Assembly (NCBI RefSeq): GCF_024305175.1
Contig: NZ_JAMWYY010000002.1
Coordinates: 42,258-106,257, forward strand
Length of the DNA stretch: 64,000 nucleotides
Source: Flavobacterium sp.
GTDB lineage: Bacteria > Bacteroidota > Bacteroidia > Flavobacteriales > Flavobacteriaceae
Direction of reading: 5' to 3'
In this document: piece after piece, positions 37,877 through 47,069 of the stretch
Layout of the letters: every line of letters begins with the position of its first letter
Numbering within the stretch: the first letter of the stretch is position 1
Made by a program: the position numbers and the translations under genes
The notes under the pieces: model-generated
Told to the model about the DNA's origin: nothing
Database searches by the model: none
What the model saw: only the letters and a program-made list of their open reading frames with translations

Positions 37877-38165
37877 GCTGCAAAGATAATGGTTAGCATT
37901 AAGATTATAATTTTTTATTGTTTTAAGATTAAATTCACTTTCGTTTATTTTTTGTGCAGGTATAATTTACAATTATAGAAAAACAAGGCATAAAAGGTTT
38001 CAGTTATATCAGTCAAGCTGTTTTTGCAGTATAACACAAATATAATCTTGATAACAATTCGCTTTCTATTTGATAATGCTACTTTAAGAATCAGCTAATA
38101 GCCTTACCGTTGGCAACCGGTATTTTTGGGCATATTTTTCTAAACTTTTATTCACACAACGCAAC

Positions 38166-40904
38166 ATGAAAAAATTTTACTTTTTGCTTGTGCTTTTAAG
38201 CGGCCTGTTCTTAAAAGCACAAACACTAAATCCGTATTTACAGGCAGCAACTCCTACATCCATTTATGTTAACTGGAAAACGGATGGCAACACAGAATCT
38301 ATAGTAGAGTATGGCAGCAGCCCGGAAAGCCTTACCACAACTTCTACAGGAAACGCATCTGTATTTTCGGATACCGGTTACCCTGCAAACTATTACTACC
38401 ACACTGTAAAGGTTGACGGGCTTACGCCAAACACCAAATATTATTACCGTGTAAAAACGGGTACATTAACTTCTGAGGTATATTCTTTCCGCACTATGCC
38501 ATTGCCGGGTCAGGCAGCTACCGAAGACGGTCACCTGCGCTTTCTTATCATGGGCGATAACCAGATGCGTAACGTGCCGAGATTCGACTCGCTTGTCTCT
38601 GCCGCTAAACGAAAAATTGCACAAAAGTGGGGACTTTTAGCCGACCCTTCGGATAATATTGCCCTTACAGTTATGGTGGGCGACCAGGTAGATGTGGGTA
38701 CGCTTGACCATTATGAGAATGTACACTTTAAGAAAAACAAAGCGCTATCGGGCTATCTGCCCATACAAACGCTTGTGGGTAACCATGAAACCTATGGCAC
38801 ACTTGCCATGCAGGCCTATTACGACCATTATGTACTTGATGAAATGTCGTATCAGGGTATATCATCAGGGACAGAGAATTATTATGCCAACCAGGTTGGT
38901 AATGTACTGTTTATAGCGCTTGATACAGAGCATACAGGATTGCAACAGCTAACATGGGTAAACCAGGTACTTGCCGCAGCCAATAATGATGAAACGGTAG
39001 ACTGGATAATATCACTGGGGCACAGGCCTTACCAGGCAGAACAGTACATAGGTGATATTTCGCAATGGGTGCGCAATACCGTTATGCCTGTACTGGTTAC
39101 TTCGCCAAAGCACATACTGCACATAGGTGCACACCACCACCTGTACCACAGGGGGCAGCTTAAAGACACCCCAACCTACCAGATTATTTCCGGAGGTGTG
39201 GCATGGGACCAGTACTGGGGTATGGCTGCCGAAGCTAATTATGAAGATGTACAGAAAACCATATCCAACTGGATGTACCAGATTGTAGATGTGGATGTAA
39301 ACAACGACACTTTTGATGTGGAGTCATACTCAATAGGCAGTGTGTACCAGTGGAAAGACAATGAGCTTATGGATGAGTTTCATCATTATAAAGGGCTTGC
39401 TGCGCCGGCACAGCCTGAAATTATAAATAATTTTGATGGTGGCGATGTAGAGCTTCCCCTTACTATAGAAAGCTCACCTTATACTACAACATCTGAAGAG
39501 CTGCTTAACAGTACCCAGTTCATGATTGGTAAAAATGCTGAATTTGAAATCCTTGAAAAAGATGTGTACCGTGACTTCGAAGATCTATACGGGCCGGTAG
39601 GCACACAGGTAGATACTTCTGCAAACGTAATGGAGGGCGTAGATATTACTAAGCTAACCATTGCAGAAAATGAAATACCTAACGGGCAGTACTTTGTAAA
39701 AGTGCGCCACAGGGACCGTAACCTGTCATGGTCTGAATGGAGCGAGGTAAAATCATTCAATGTTACCAACAGTAGCTTTGCCAATACGCTAATACAGCTT
39801 GACACCATTGCTTATAATGTGAATGAGCCAATCAGCGTTTCGTTTTCTGATACTCCGGGCAACGGTACCGACTGGGTTGGGCTTTATAAAGTTGGGCAGA
39901 CACCGGGCAGCGCCAGCCCTTCTCAGGCATGGCAATATACCAACGGCCAGATAAGTGGCAACATTACGTTTAACGGCCTTAACCAGGTAGGCAGGTATTA
40001 TGCTACACTAATGGAAAACGATACATATAATGAAATTGTTGAGAGAAAGTATTTTTATGTAGGCCCTTTTGTTACGCTTGATACCGACCAGAATGTGTAT
40101 GAATCCGGCAACGCTGTAACCGTAACGTTTGCCAATGGCCCTGCGCTTACAAACGACTGGATAGGTATTTATAAGGTAGGCCATACACCGGGCAGTATTA
40201 ACTCTACGCAATGGGAGTATGTATATGCAGCCGAAGGTGAATTAACTTTTGAAGGGCTTGCAGACGGTTACTACTTTGTGCAGTATTTCCTTGAGGATGG
40301 TTATGACACGGTAGGGCAAAAGGTGTTCTTTCAGGTGGGAAGCCAGATTACCCAGCTTGCCATAAACAATACCATTTACAACCTTAATGAAAATATTATA
40401 GCCACCTGGACAGACGCTCCCGGTATTATTAAAGACTGGCTGGGTATCTACCATGAAGGAGATGAACCAAACGTTGACCCGCTGGTAAGCTACACTTACT
40501 TTGACGGGCAGCCGGAAGGAAGCAAAATAATTCCTGACGAGAACATGCCCACCACGCCGGGCGAATACTTTATTGTAATATTTACTGACGACTCTTATAA
40601 TGAAGTTTCTAACAGGGTGACTTTCCAGATTATGGATGACACTGCAGGCTTAGATGAGTTTAGCAGCCAGAATGCAGTAATGGTTTACCCTAACCCTGTT
40701 AAAGCAGGAGAGAAAACTTATATTAAATGCAAATATCCGATAGACCAGATTGATGTTTTTGATATGACAGGTAACCTGTTTTATACTTCAGAGAACATCA
40801 ACGATTATAACTTCTCTTTAATTAACCAGAGCCTGCCAACAGGAGTATATATACTAAAAATACACTCTAACAAAGTATATAATGTAAAAGTGATTGTTAA
40901 TTAG
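38166..40904 (+). CDS. T9SS-secreted purple-acid-phosphatase-like metallophosphoesterase with three tandem beta-sandwich repeats
   Basis: Signal peptide and an N-terminal PAP FN3-like domain (YVNWKTD...YYYRV). Phosphoesterase motifs MGDNQ, GDQVD, GNHE, GHRP and GAHHH are present. Three repeats follow. The C-terminal ~77 aa (VYPNPV...KVIVN) look like a type A T9SS sorting domain. Confidence 0.8.
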   Translation: MKKFYFLLVLLSGLFLKAQTLNPYLQAATPTSIYVNWKTDGNTESIVEYGSSPESLTTTSTGNASVFSDTGYPANYYYHTVKVDGLTPNTKYYYRVKTGTLTSEVYSFRTMPLPGQAATEDGHLRFLIMGDNQMRNVPRFDSLVSAAKRKIAQKWGLLADPSDNIALTVMVGDQVDVGTLDHYENVHFKKNKALSGYLPIQTLVGNHETYGTLAMQAYYDHYVLDEMSYQGISSGTENYYANQVGNVLFIALDTEHTGLQQLTWVNQVLAAANNDETVDWIISLGHRPYQAEQYIGDISQWVRNTVMPVLVTSPKHILHIGAHHHLYHRGQLKDTPTYQIISGGVAWDQYWGMAAEANYEDVQKTISNWMYQIVDVDVNNDTFDVESYSIGSVYQWKDNELMDEFHHYKGLAAPAQPEIINNFDGGDVELPLTIESSPYTTTSEELLNSTQFMIGKNAEFEILEKDVYRDFEDLYGPVGTQVDTSANVMEGVDITKLTIAENEIPNGQYFVKVRHRDRNLSWSEWSEVKSFNVTNSSFANTLIQLDTIAYNVNEPISVSFSDTPGNGTDWVGLYKVGQTPGSASPSQAWQYTNGQISGNITFNGLNQVGRYYATLMENDTYNEIVERKYFYVGPFVTLDTDQNVYESGNAVTVTFANGPALTNDWIGIYKVGHTPGSINSTQWEYVYAAEGELTFEGLADGYYFVQYFLEDGYDTVGQKVFFQVGSQITQLAINNTIYNLNENIIATWTDAPGIIKDWLGIYHEGDEPNVDPLVSYTYFDGQPEGSKIIPDENMPTTPGEYFIVIFTDDSYNEVSNRVTFQIMDDTAGLDEFSSQNAVMVYPNPVKAGEKTYIKCKYPIDQIDVFDMTGNLFYTSENINDYNFSLINQSLPTGVYILKIHSNKVYNVKVIVN
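39786..40631 (+). repeat. Three tandem ~92-98-aa protein repeats with a DW[VIL]G[LI]Y core
   Basis: Residues ~541-632, 633-724 and 725-822 align by eye: NEPISVSF..TDWVGLYKVG, GNAVTVTF..NDWIGIYKVG and NENIIATW..KDWLGIYHEG. Each ends in [YF]F.V or TFQI. Confidence 0.7.
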
Positions 40905-40924
40905 TAATTCCGTTTTTAAGACAG

Positions 40925-40948
40925 AAAAGCCGCCCTTGTGGGCGGCTT
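40925..40948. terminator. Bidirectional intrinsic terminator between convergent genes
   Basis: AAAGCCGCCC-TTGT-GGGCGGCTTT, a perfect 10-bp stem with A- and T-rich flanks. Confidence 0.75.
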
Positions 40949-40976
40949 TCTTAATTATAACAAGGGTTATTGCTGA

Positions 40977-41495
40977 CTATTCTTCTTCTACAAAGCCTGT
41001 TCGCCTGTAGCCTGAAAATGAAAGTACTGATTCAGGGTCATAACTAAAGGTTGCTTTAAAGTAAATACTGTCAACAGTTGCGCCGGTTGGCGATGTTGCG
41101 GCATTCCTCATTATCTTGCCTTCAGTTATAGTAAAGGTAGTACCCGGATCCTGAAAGTTTTCCTCATCGGTAACGCTAAAGGTTAAATCATCAAGGTTAA
41201 TGTTTACAATGCCACCAAGCCACCAGCCGTTCTGCTGGTCGTTAATATACATTGTCTCATCAGAGCCTGTACCAGTGTTATAGGTTTTATGCAATGCATG
41301 GGCTACAAGCAAATCGCCGGTCGCATCATCCGTAATATCTATAAACCATTCACCGCTCATGGCCTGTACAGGGGTTTCCCCTGCATCATAATCGTCATAG
41401 CCCTGGTCATCGCAAGATATAAATGCCGGCAAGGCAAATACACAAAGCAAAATGGCCGTTATTTTTATCTTTATATTTTTCATATTTGTTTGCAT
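40977..41495 (-). CDS. Small lipoprotein of unknown function (last gene of the SusCD locus)
   Basis: 172 aa with lipobox AFISC followed by DDQ. Possibly lipocalin-like. The start could be the internal MKNIKIK. Confidence 0.6.
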   Translation of the reverse strand: MQTNMKNIKIKITAILLCVFALPAFISCDDQGYDDYDAGETPVQAMSGEWFIDITDDATGDLLVAHALHKTYNTGTGSDETMYINDQQNGWWLGGIVNINLDDLTFSVTDEENFQDPGTTFTITEGKIMRNAATSPTGATVDSIYFKATFSYDPESVLSFSGYRRTGFVEEE

Positions 41496-41497
41496 TT

Positions 41498-42253
41498 TTA
41501 AGGTTGAATTTGCTCCAGGTGAATTTCAAACGTATAGCCTTCCCATGATACTACCATATCTATGGTTTTAGCCTCCTGGTCTACAGAAAAAGAATCTATA
41601 GTAGAATTACCTCCAAAAGCTATATTGGTTTGTGTTCCGGGTGTAGAAAAATCGTTTGCTGCTATATCATTAGCTATTATTACACCACCCGGATTAATAT
41701 AGTCTGTGCCATAAGCACGTCCGATGTCATAGTAGCCTCCAAGAGCATCTGATATTTCGAATGTATTTTCACCTGTCTGCCATATAAGCACATATCCCAT
41801 ATTGGTATATTGTGCTGATGCAGTTCCGTCCCTTACAACTGTAGAAAGGTATGCACCTGCAATACTGGTTTCAAAATCACCTGTTTCGGTAACAATTATA
41901 TCCCTCATCTGCGATGCACTGAAACCGTCCTGGTTCTCTGCACTGTATCTTGCCGAGTAATAGTCTCTCGGGTTCTCTGTAGAATTCGGGTCAAACAGTT
42001 CACCTGTAAAATGCCCGCGGGTATATGATGTCTCTACATCCAGCTCGGTGCCATTTTCTAAAGCTACTGCGCCAAACTCTTCATATGTTTCGCCGGGGGC
42101 AAGTACATACGGATTCTTATCATCATTATTTGGTGTAATAACAGCATAGTTAGTCACCGTAGATGTTATAGTGTCTTCCGTACTGCAGGCATTCAGGGCA
42201 AGCAGCCCCGCAGCCGCCAGTGCGTAAAACTTTATTTTATATAATGTTTTCAT
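41498..42253 (-). CDS. Lipoprotein of unknown function (SusCD locus accessory surface protein)
   Basis: 251 aa with lipobox ALNAC followed by STED. It starts 20 nt after susD. Confidence 0.6.
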   Translation of the reverse strand: MKTLYKIKFYALAAAGLLALNACSTEDTITSTVTNYAVITPNNDDKNPYVLAPGETYEEFGAVALENGTELDVETSYTRGHFTGELFDPNSTENPRDYYSARYSAENQDGFSASQMRDIIVTETGDFETSIAGAYLSTVVRDGTASAQYTNMGYVLIWQTGENTFEISDALGGYYDIGRAYGTDYINPGGVIIANDIAANDFSTPGTQTNIAFGGNSTIDSFSVDQEAKTIDMVVSWEGYTFEIHLEQIQP

Positions 42254-42272
42254 ATCAACTTACTTTTTTTAG

Positions 42273-43763
42273 TTATTCGGGCTTTTGATCCCACCAAACA
42301 TTTTCGGTGATGTTTGCCCTTTGTGTAATGTTAGGATTCCTGTTTACCTCATCATCAGGGTAGAATAATATGCTTGGCACCGCAGTACCACCCAGTACAG
42401 AAATAGCCGATGGTATCCTGTTACCTTCAGTATAATCCTGTGTGCCTGCTGTTACAACTTCAGGGAATTTGGTGCGGGTTGTTTCAATATACGATTCGAT
42501 GTTGTTGATATAAGGTAAAGATGCCCATTTCTGAACCATTATCTGCCTTATATTTGCCTCTACACTACCGGCATCTGTATATTCATATGCGCCTCCTGCA
42601 CCGGTTAACGCTGAAGGGTCTGCATCATTGTTTAGTCCGAAGTATTCTTTATAGGTGTCAAAAGAGGTTTCTACAGCCATGTCATACATTTCCTTAGCAC
42701 CTGTACCGCCGCTATAGCGCGCCAGCGCCTCTGCCTGCAAAAAGTAACTTTCGGTAACGCTTATAAAAAACACAGGTGTAAATGGCCCTACGTTTGGCCT
42801 TGCATAAGCCTGTGCGGTATCATTAAAGTCGTTACCTGTTCCCTGTTCTATACCAAGGTAAGTGCCGGCACTGCTGGCCCTGTAAACTGCCGAAAGCCTT
42901 GGGTCAGCATTACCTTCATAAAAAAGCAGCAGCGTGTTACTGGCAATGTGGTTTACATCCCCTAAGCCTGTCTGGTCAAACTGCACTTCATAAAACGGAT
43001 TCCTTTTGTCGTCAGTATCAGCAAAGCTTGCAAAAGCTGCATCTTCGGTAAGAAAATTGCCTTCAGCCATAAGTGCGTTAACAGCGCCGGGGTCAGCCAT
43101 AGAAGTATAGGCCATCCTTAGGTACATTTTAAGTTTCAACGTATTGGCGAACTCTATCCACCTGTCCATATTGCCGCCATAAATAACATCCTGCGAAGCT
43201 ACTTCGGCCTCTGTAGGGTTGGTGTTATAAGCAGCAACGGCAGCATCTATCCTTTCCAGCAGGTCGGCATATACTTCTTCTCCCGATGTTAATGCAGGGG
43301 TGATGTTACCCGATTCCTGTTGTAAAGCTTCTGTATAGGGTATGTCGTCAAAAAGATCTACCAGCAATTGATAGGTATATGCCCTTAAAAGTTCTGAAAT
43401 AAGAGCCGAAGCAGTATCTCCTGCAGCATCAGATTCTTCTTTTACATACTTTAAGTCATTTAAACAGCCGGTATATAACTCTGTCCAGAACCTGTTGGCA
43501 TAACCTGTATTAAGGTTATACTGGTCTATACTTTCATACTGGCTCGCACTGGGCGACTGGGTATGATACTGTGCATAAAAACCACCTAAATTAGTCAGTT
43601 CATCGCCCACTACCATGGCAAGCGATGCCTCTGCCGAGGTTAGTGCAAGCCCGGCATTAATTTCATTGGGCGTGTTAGGGTTGCGGTTAATATCCAGCTC
43701 TTCATCGCAGGATACAAACAGCCCTATAGTTGCAATTACTATTATTTTATATATACTTTTCAT
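42273..43763 (-). CDS. SusD/RagB-family nutrient-binding outer-membrane lipoprotein
   Basis: 496 aa with lipobox LFVSC. It lies immediately downstream of the SusC-like gene and has helical TPR-like content. Confidence 0.85.
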   Translation of the reverse strand: MKSIYKIIVIATIGLFVSCDEELDINRNPNTPNEINAGLALTSAEASLAMVVGDELTNLGGFYAQYHTQSPSASQYESIDQYNLNTGYANRFWTELYTGCLNDLKYVKEESDAAGDTASALISELLRAYTYQLLVDLFDDIPYTEALQQESGNITPALTSGEEVYADLLERIDAAVAAYNTNPTEAEVASQDVIYGGNMDRWIEFANTLKLKMYLRMAYTSMADPGAVNALMAEGNFLTEDAAFASFADTDDKRNPFYEVQFDQTGLGDVNHIASNTLLLFYEGNADPRLSAVYRASSAGTYLGIEQGTGNDFNDTAQAYARPNVGPFTPVFFISVTESYFLQAEALARYSGGTGAKEMYDMAVETSFDTYKEYFGLNNDADPSALTGAGGAYEYTDAGSVEANIRQIMVQKWASLPYINNIESYIETTRTKFPEVVTAGTQDYTEGNRIPSAISVLGGTAVPSILFYPDDEVNRNPNITQRANITENVWWDQKPE

Positions 43764-43774
43764 AGTTTTTTATT

Positions 43775-46700
43775 TTAAAAATTAGCTTTCAGGCTAAAGC
43801 CAAGGCTTCTTGTTGAAGGGTTTGCAGAGAACTCACCAAACTGTCCTGCCAGCTGTGTACCAAATGTAGAAACCTCAGGGTCTATGTACTGATTGCTTGC
43901 CGGTGTCCACAGGAACAGGTTACGCCCAATTACAGAGAAGGTAAGCCCTTGTATAAATGTGCCTTCAAGATATTTTGTAGGGAACCTGTAGCTTAGCACC
44001 ACCTCACGCAGCTTTATGAACGATTTATCTATTACCGTAGCCCTTGCCAGTGCATCTGCACGATAGTAATCGTCCATGTGCTCCCTGTCAACAGCAGTTG
44101 TATTTTGCTGGTAGCTAACATTGCCAGTGCCTTCATCAATAACTCTTACAACAGAGTTTGGCACTATAAACGGTTGCCTGTCGTTATACATAGTGGTTAC
44201 AGAGTTTCCTGTAAACCTTGTAATATCGGCAGTACGCGAGTACATAAGGCCACCCTGCCTGATATCAAACGTAAAGCCGAGGCTTATCCCTTTCCACTCA
44301 AAGTTGTTGGTAATACCCATAGTATAATCATATTGGGTGTCACCATATACTTCTTTGATAGGTGAGGCAATCGGCACACCATTGGCATCAACCACTATAT
44401 TGCCGTCAGGATCTTTTTCAGGAACATAGCCCTGTATAAGGCCAACAGTTTGTCCCGGTTTGGCTATATACTCAAGCGTGCTTAAACCTCCAAGCTCAAC
44501 CTGTTCAATCCTTGGGTCAAGCTCTTCAAGCTTAGTGTCGTTAGTCGTAAAGTTTACCGAGGTATCCCAGTTAAAGCCATCCCTGTTTTTAAATATTGAG
44601 AAGTTAACCAAAGCCTCTATACCTTTATTAGATATAGTACCAAGGTTGGCAACCTGGTTGGTATAGCCGGTACTTGGTGCCAAAGGCAGCGGCAATATCT
44701 GGTTTTCTACCCTTGCATCATAATAGGTGGCATCAATGGTAATCCTGTTGTCGAACAATGAAAGCTCCATACCTACTTCAAACTCTTTTCTCCTTTCGGG
44801 TTTCAGGTCAAGGTTAGGAGCACGGTTACCTACTTCATAAGCATTTAAGCCGTTGATAGGGAATGTAAGGTTACCAAATGTTCCTACAGCAGAACCCTGT
44901 ACAAAGTCAGCATATACCTGGTACGGATCTGTGTCGTTACCGCCTTCACCATAGCCTACCCTTAACTTACCATAATTAATGATGTTATTAATTTCAGGGA
45001 ATGTCCTTGAAAATACCCAGCTTGCGTTGGCTCCCGCATATAGCGAAGACCTGTTTGCTTCCGGCAGGGTAGAGTACCAGTCGTTTCTTACGTTTCCTGT
45101 TAAGAACAATTGTTCTTTATATGAGAATGTAGTGGTGTTGTAAAGTCCGTACAGCTTTTGCAGCGAACGTGTATTGGCTACTGTTGGCACCTGCGAGCTG
45201 TTGGCAAGCGAGTAAAAGTCAGGTATGTCCTGGCTGCCCACATTAGCGGCAAGCTGCATGCCTTCGCGCGAATTAATGTTGAAACCAAATGTAGAAACAA
45301 CACCAAAGTTATCATCTATATCAAAATCAAGGTTGTATAACAAGTCGTGGTTAAGCTGCTTGAAAGTGCTGCTGGCCTCATAGTAGCTGCCCGGATACTC
45401 TGTAGAAGAACCATCATTAGGGCTACCCGGAGCTGCATCTACACGTGCTTCCCAAATTCTTGTTACATCGCTGTAGCTGTCTACACCAAACCTGTAAAGA
45501 ACGTTAGACCAACTGTTAAGGTCATAAGTAAGTTCTACCGAACCGTAAACCCTTTCTTTATTGTAATCAGAACCATTTTCGTTAAGTGTAAAATATGGGT
45601 TGGTTACACCATAGGGCGTGTAGTAGTTAGACACGTTATGGAAAGGATTATTATAATCGGCAAATTCCGTAATAGGGATGTCGTTTGGTATCTGCAACAG
45701 GTTGTTATATACTGTTAAGCCCTGGCCTGTAGCAACCGAGCTACCTTGCGTGTTTACATAGTTCATGCTCGCATTAATGGTAAACTTGTCAATTTTAGTT
45801 GTACCACTAAGTGATATGGTATTCCTTTCATAAGAGTCGGCATCAGTTGGGTAAATACCATCCTGCTGCGCATTGGAGTATGAAAGGCGCACACTGCTTT
45901 CGCCGGAACCGCCTGATACCGCAAAATTGGTTAACTGGGAAACACCTGTATCAAAAAAGTTTCTAAGCTGGTCCTCCTGGAATGAATAAGGCTTTAAAAG
46001 CTGGCTGTTATTTACAACATTGCCCCAAACACGCGGCTGGTCGTCAAAACGGGGTCCCCATGAACCATTTTCGTTAAGGTAATGCACACCGTCCCATCCC
46101 TGTCCGTATGTAGATTGGTACTTTGGTGTCCTTAATACCTGGGTAAAGAATGTTGTGGTGCTAAAATCAACCGATAACTTTCCTGCCTTACCCTTTTTGG
46201 TGGTAATAATAATAGCACCGTTTGCTGCCCTTGCACCATAAAGTGCCGAAGCAGCTGCACCTTTAAGTATAGTCATGCTTTCGATGTCATCCGGGTTAAT
46301 GTCCGAAGAACCCCGTCCAAAGTCATAACCGCCATCAAGGTCGTCAGAAAAATTGGTGTTATTATTAATAGGTATACCATCAACTACATAAAGCGGCTGG
46401 TTATTTCCGCTTAAACTGCTGTATCCTCTGATGACAACACTGGAAGACGCACCCGGATCTGTAGAAGCATTTGATATTACAACACCTGCCACTTTTCCCT
46501 TAATCGCATCCGAAATGTTGTTTTGGGAGCCTTCGTTAATCTCGTCCGAACGAAGGGTGGTGGTTGCCGCACCCAGTGAAGATTTTTCCCTGCGGATACC
46601 TACTGCCGTTACCACAACCGTTTCCAGTTCGGTGGCAGAGTCTTCAAGCATTACATCAATAGTGGTGCTTGTTGCAGGTCGCTCTTCGGTAGTCATGCCA

Positions 46701-46927
46701 ATATAGCTGAAAACCAGAACCTGGTCCGGTGCTGCCTGTATTTCGTACTTACCGTCAAAATCGGTTTGCACACCTGTAGCAGAACCCTTAATCACAACAT
46801 TGGCGCCGGGTATAGGGAACCCGGTCTGGTCGGTAACAGTTCCTGTAACTGCCCTCTCCTGTGCAAATGAAATTTGCATTGTTAACGCAATGAGGAGCGT
46901 TAACAAACCATCAAGTTTTGTTTTCAT
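43775..46927 (-). CDS. SusC/RagA-family TonB-dependent outer-membrane transporter
   Basis: 1050 aa. N-terminal carboxypeptidase-regulatory-like domain (VTGTVTDQTGFPIPGANVVIKG), a plug domain, and a barrel ending in the terminal F. Confidence 0.9.
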   Translation of the reverse strand: MKTKLDGLLTLLIALTMQISFAQERAVTGTVTDQTGFPIPGANVVIKGSATGVQTDFDGKYEIQAAPDQVLVFSYIGMTTEERPATSTTIDVMLEDSATELETVVVTAVGIRREKSSLGAATTTLRSDEINEGSQNNISDAIKGKVAGVVISNASTDPGASSSVVIRGYSSLSGNNQPLYVVDGIPINNNTNFSDDLDGGYDFGRGSSDINPDDIESMTILKGAAASALYGARAANGAIIITTKKGKAGKLSVDFSTTTFFTQVLRTPKYQSTYGQGWDGVHYLNENGSWGPRFDDQPRVWGNVVNNSQLLKPYSFQEDQLRNFFDTGVSQLTNFAVSGGSGESSVRLSYSNAQQDGIYPTDADSYERNTISLSGTTKIDKFTINASMNYVNTQGSSVATGQGLTVYNNLLQIPNDIPITEFADYNNPFHNVSNYYTPYGVTNPYFTLNENGSDYNKERVYGSVELTYDLNSWSNVLYRFGVDSYSDVTRIWEARVDAAPGSPNDGSSTEYPGSYYEASSTFKQLNHDLLYNLDFDIDDNFGVVSTFGFNINSREGMQLAANVGSQDIPDFYSLANSSQVPTVANTRSLQKLYGLYNTTTFSYKEQLFLTGNVRNDWYSTLPEANRSSLYAGANASWVFSRTFPEINNIINYGKLRVGYGEGGNDTDPYQVYADFVQGSAVGTFGNLTFPINGLNAYEVGNRAPNLDLKPERRKEFEVGMELSLFDNRITIDATYYDARVENQILPLPLAPSTGYTNQVANLGTISNKGIEALVNFSIFKNRDGFNWDTSVNFTTNDTKLEELDPRIEQVELGGLSTLEYIAKPGQTVGLIQGYVPEKDPDGNIVVDANGVPIASPIKEVYGDTQYDYTMGITNNFEWKGISLGFTFDIRQGGLMYSRTADITRFTGNSVTTMYNDRQPFIVPNSVVRVIDEGTGNVSYQQNTTAVDREHMDDYYRADALARATVIDKSFIKLREVVLSYRFPTKYLEGTFIQGLTFSVIGRNLFLWTPASNQYIDPEVSTFGTQLAGQFGEFSANPSTRSLGFSLKANF

Positions 46928-47069
46928 TGAGTATAGTTTTGAGATGTTAGAACCCCAAATATCTAATGATGGTTTTGGTAATGCAAAGCCTTTAGGATTA
47001 TGTTTTGTTAACCTTAATATTACTTTAGCATAATATTTGGGTTAGCTTAACACTTTAACAAGTAGATTG

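Noticed and set aside
37877-38165. A 289-bp gene-free region upstream of the phosphatase gene, with a weak TACCG/CGGTA hairpin plus T5 at 38105-38127. Considered as an sRNA or riboswitch.
   Set aside because: The region is AT-rich divergent-promoter sequence. The only hairpin is 5 bp, and I see no extended conserved-looking structure or known riboswitch motif. There is not enough evidence to call an RNA gene.
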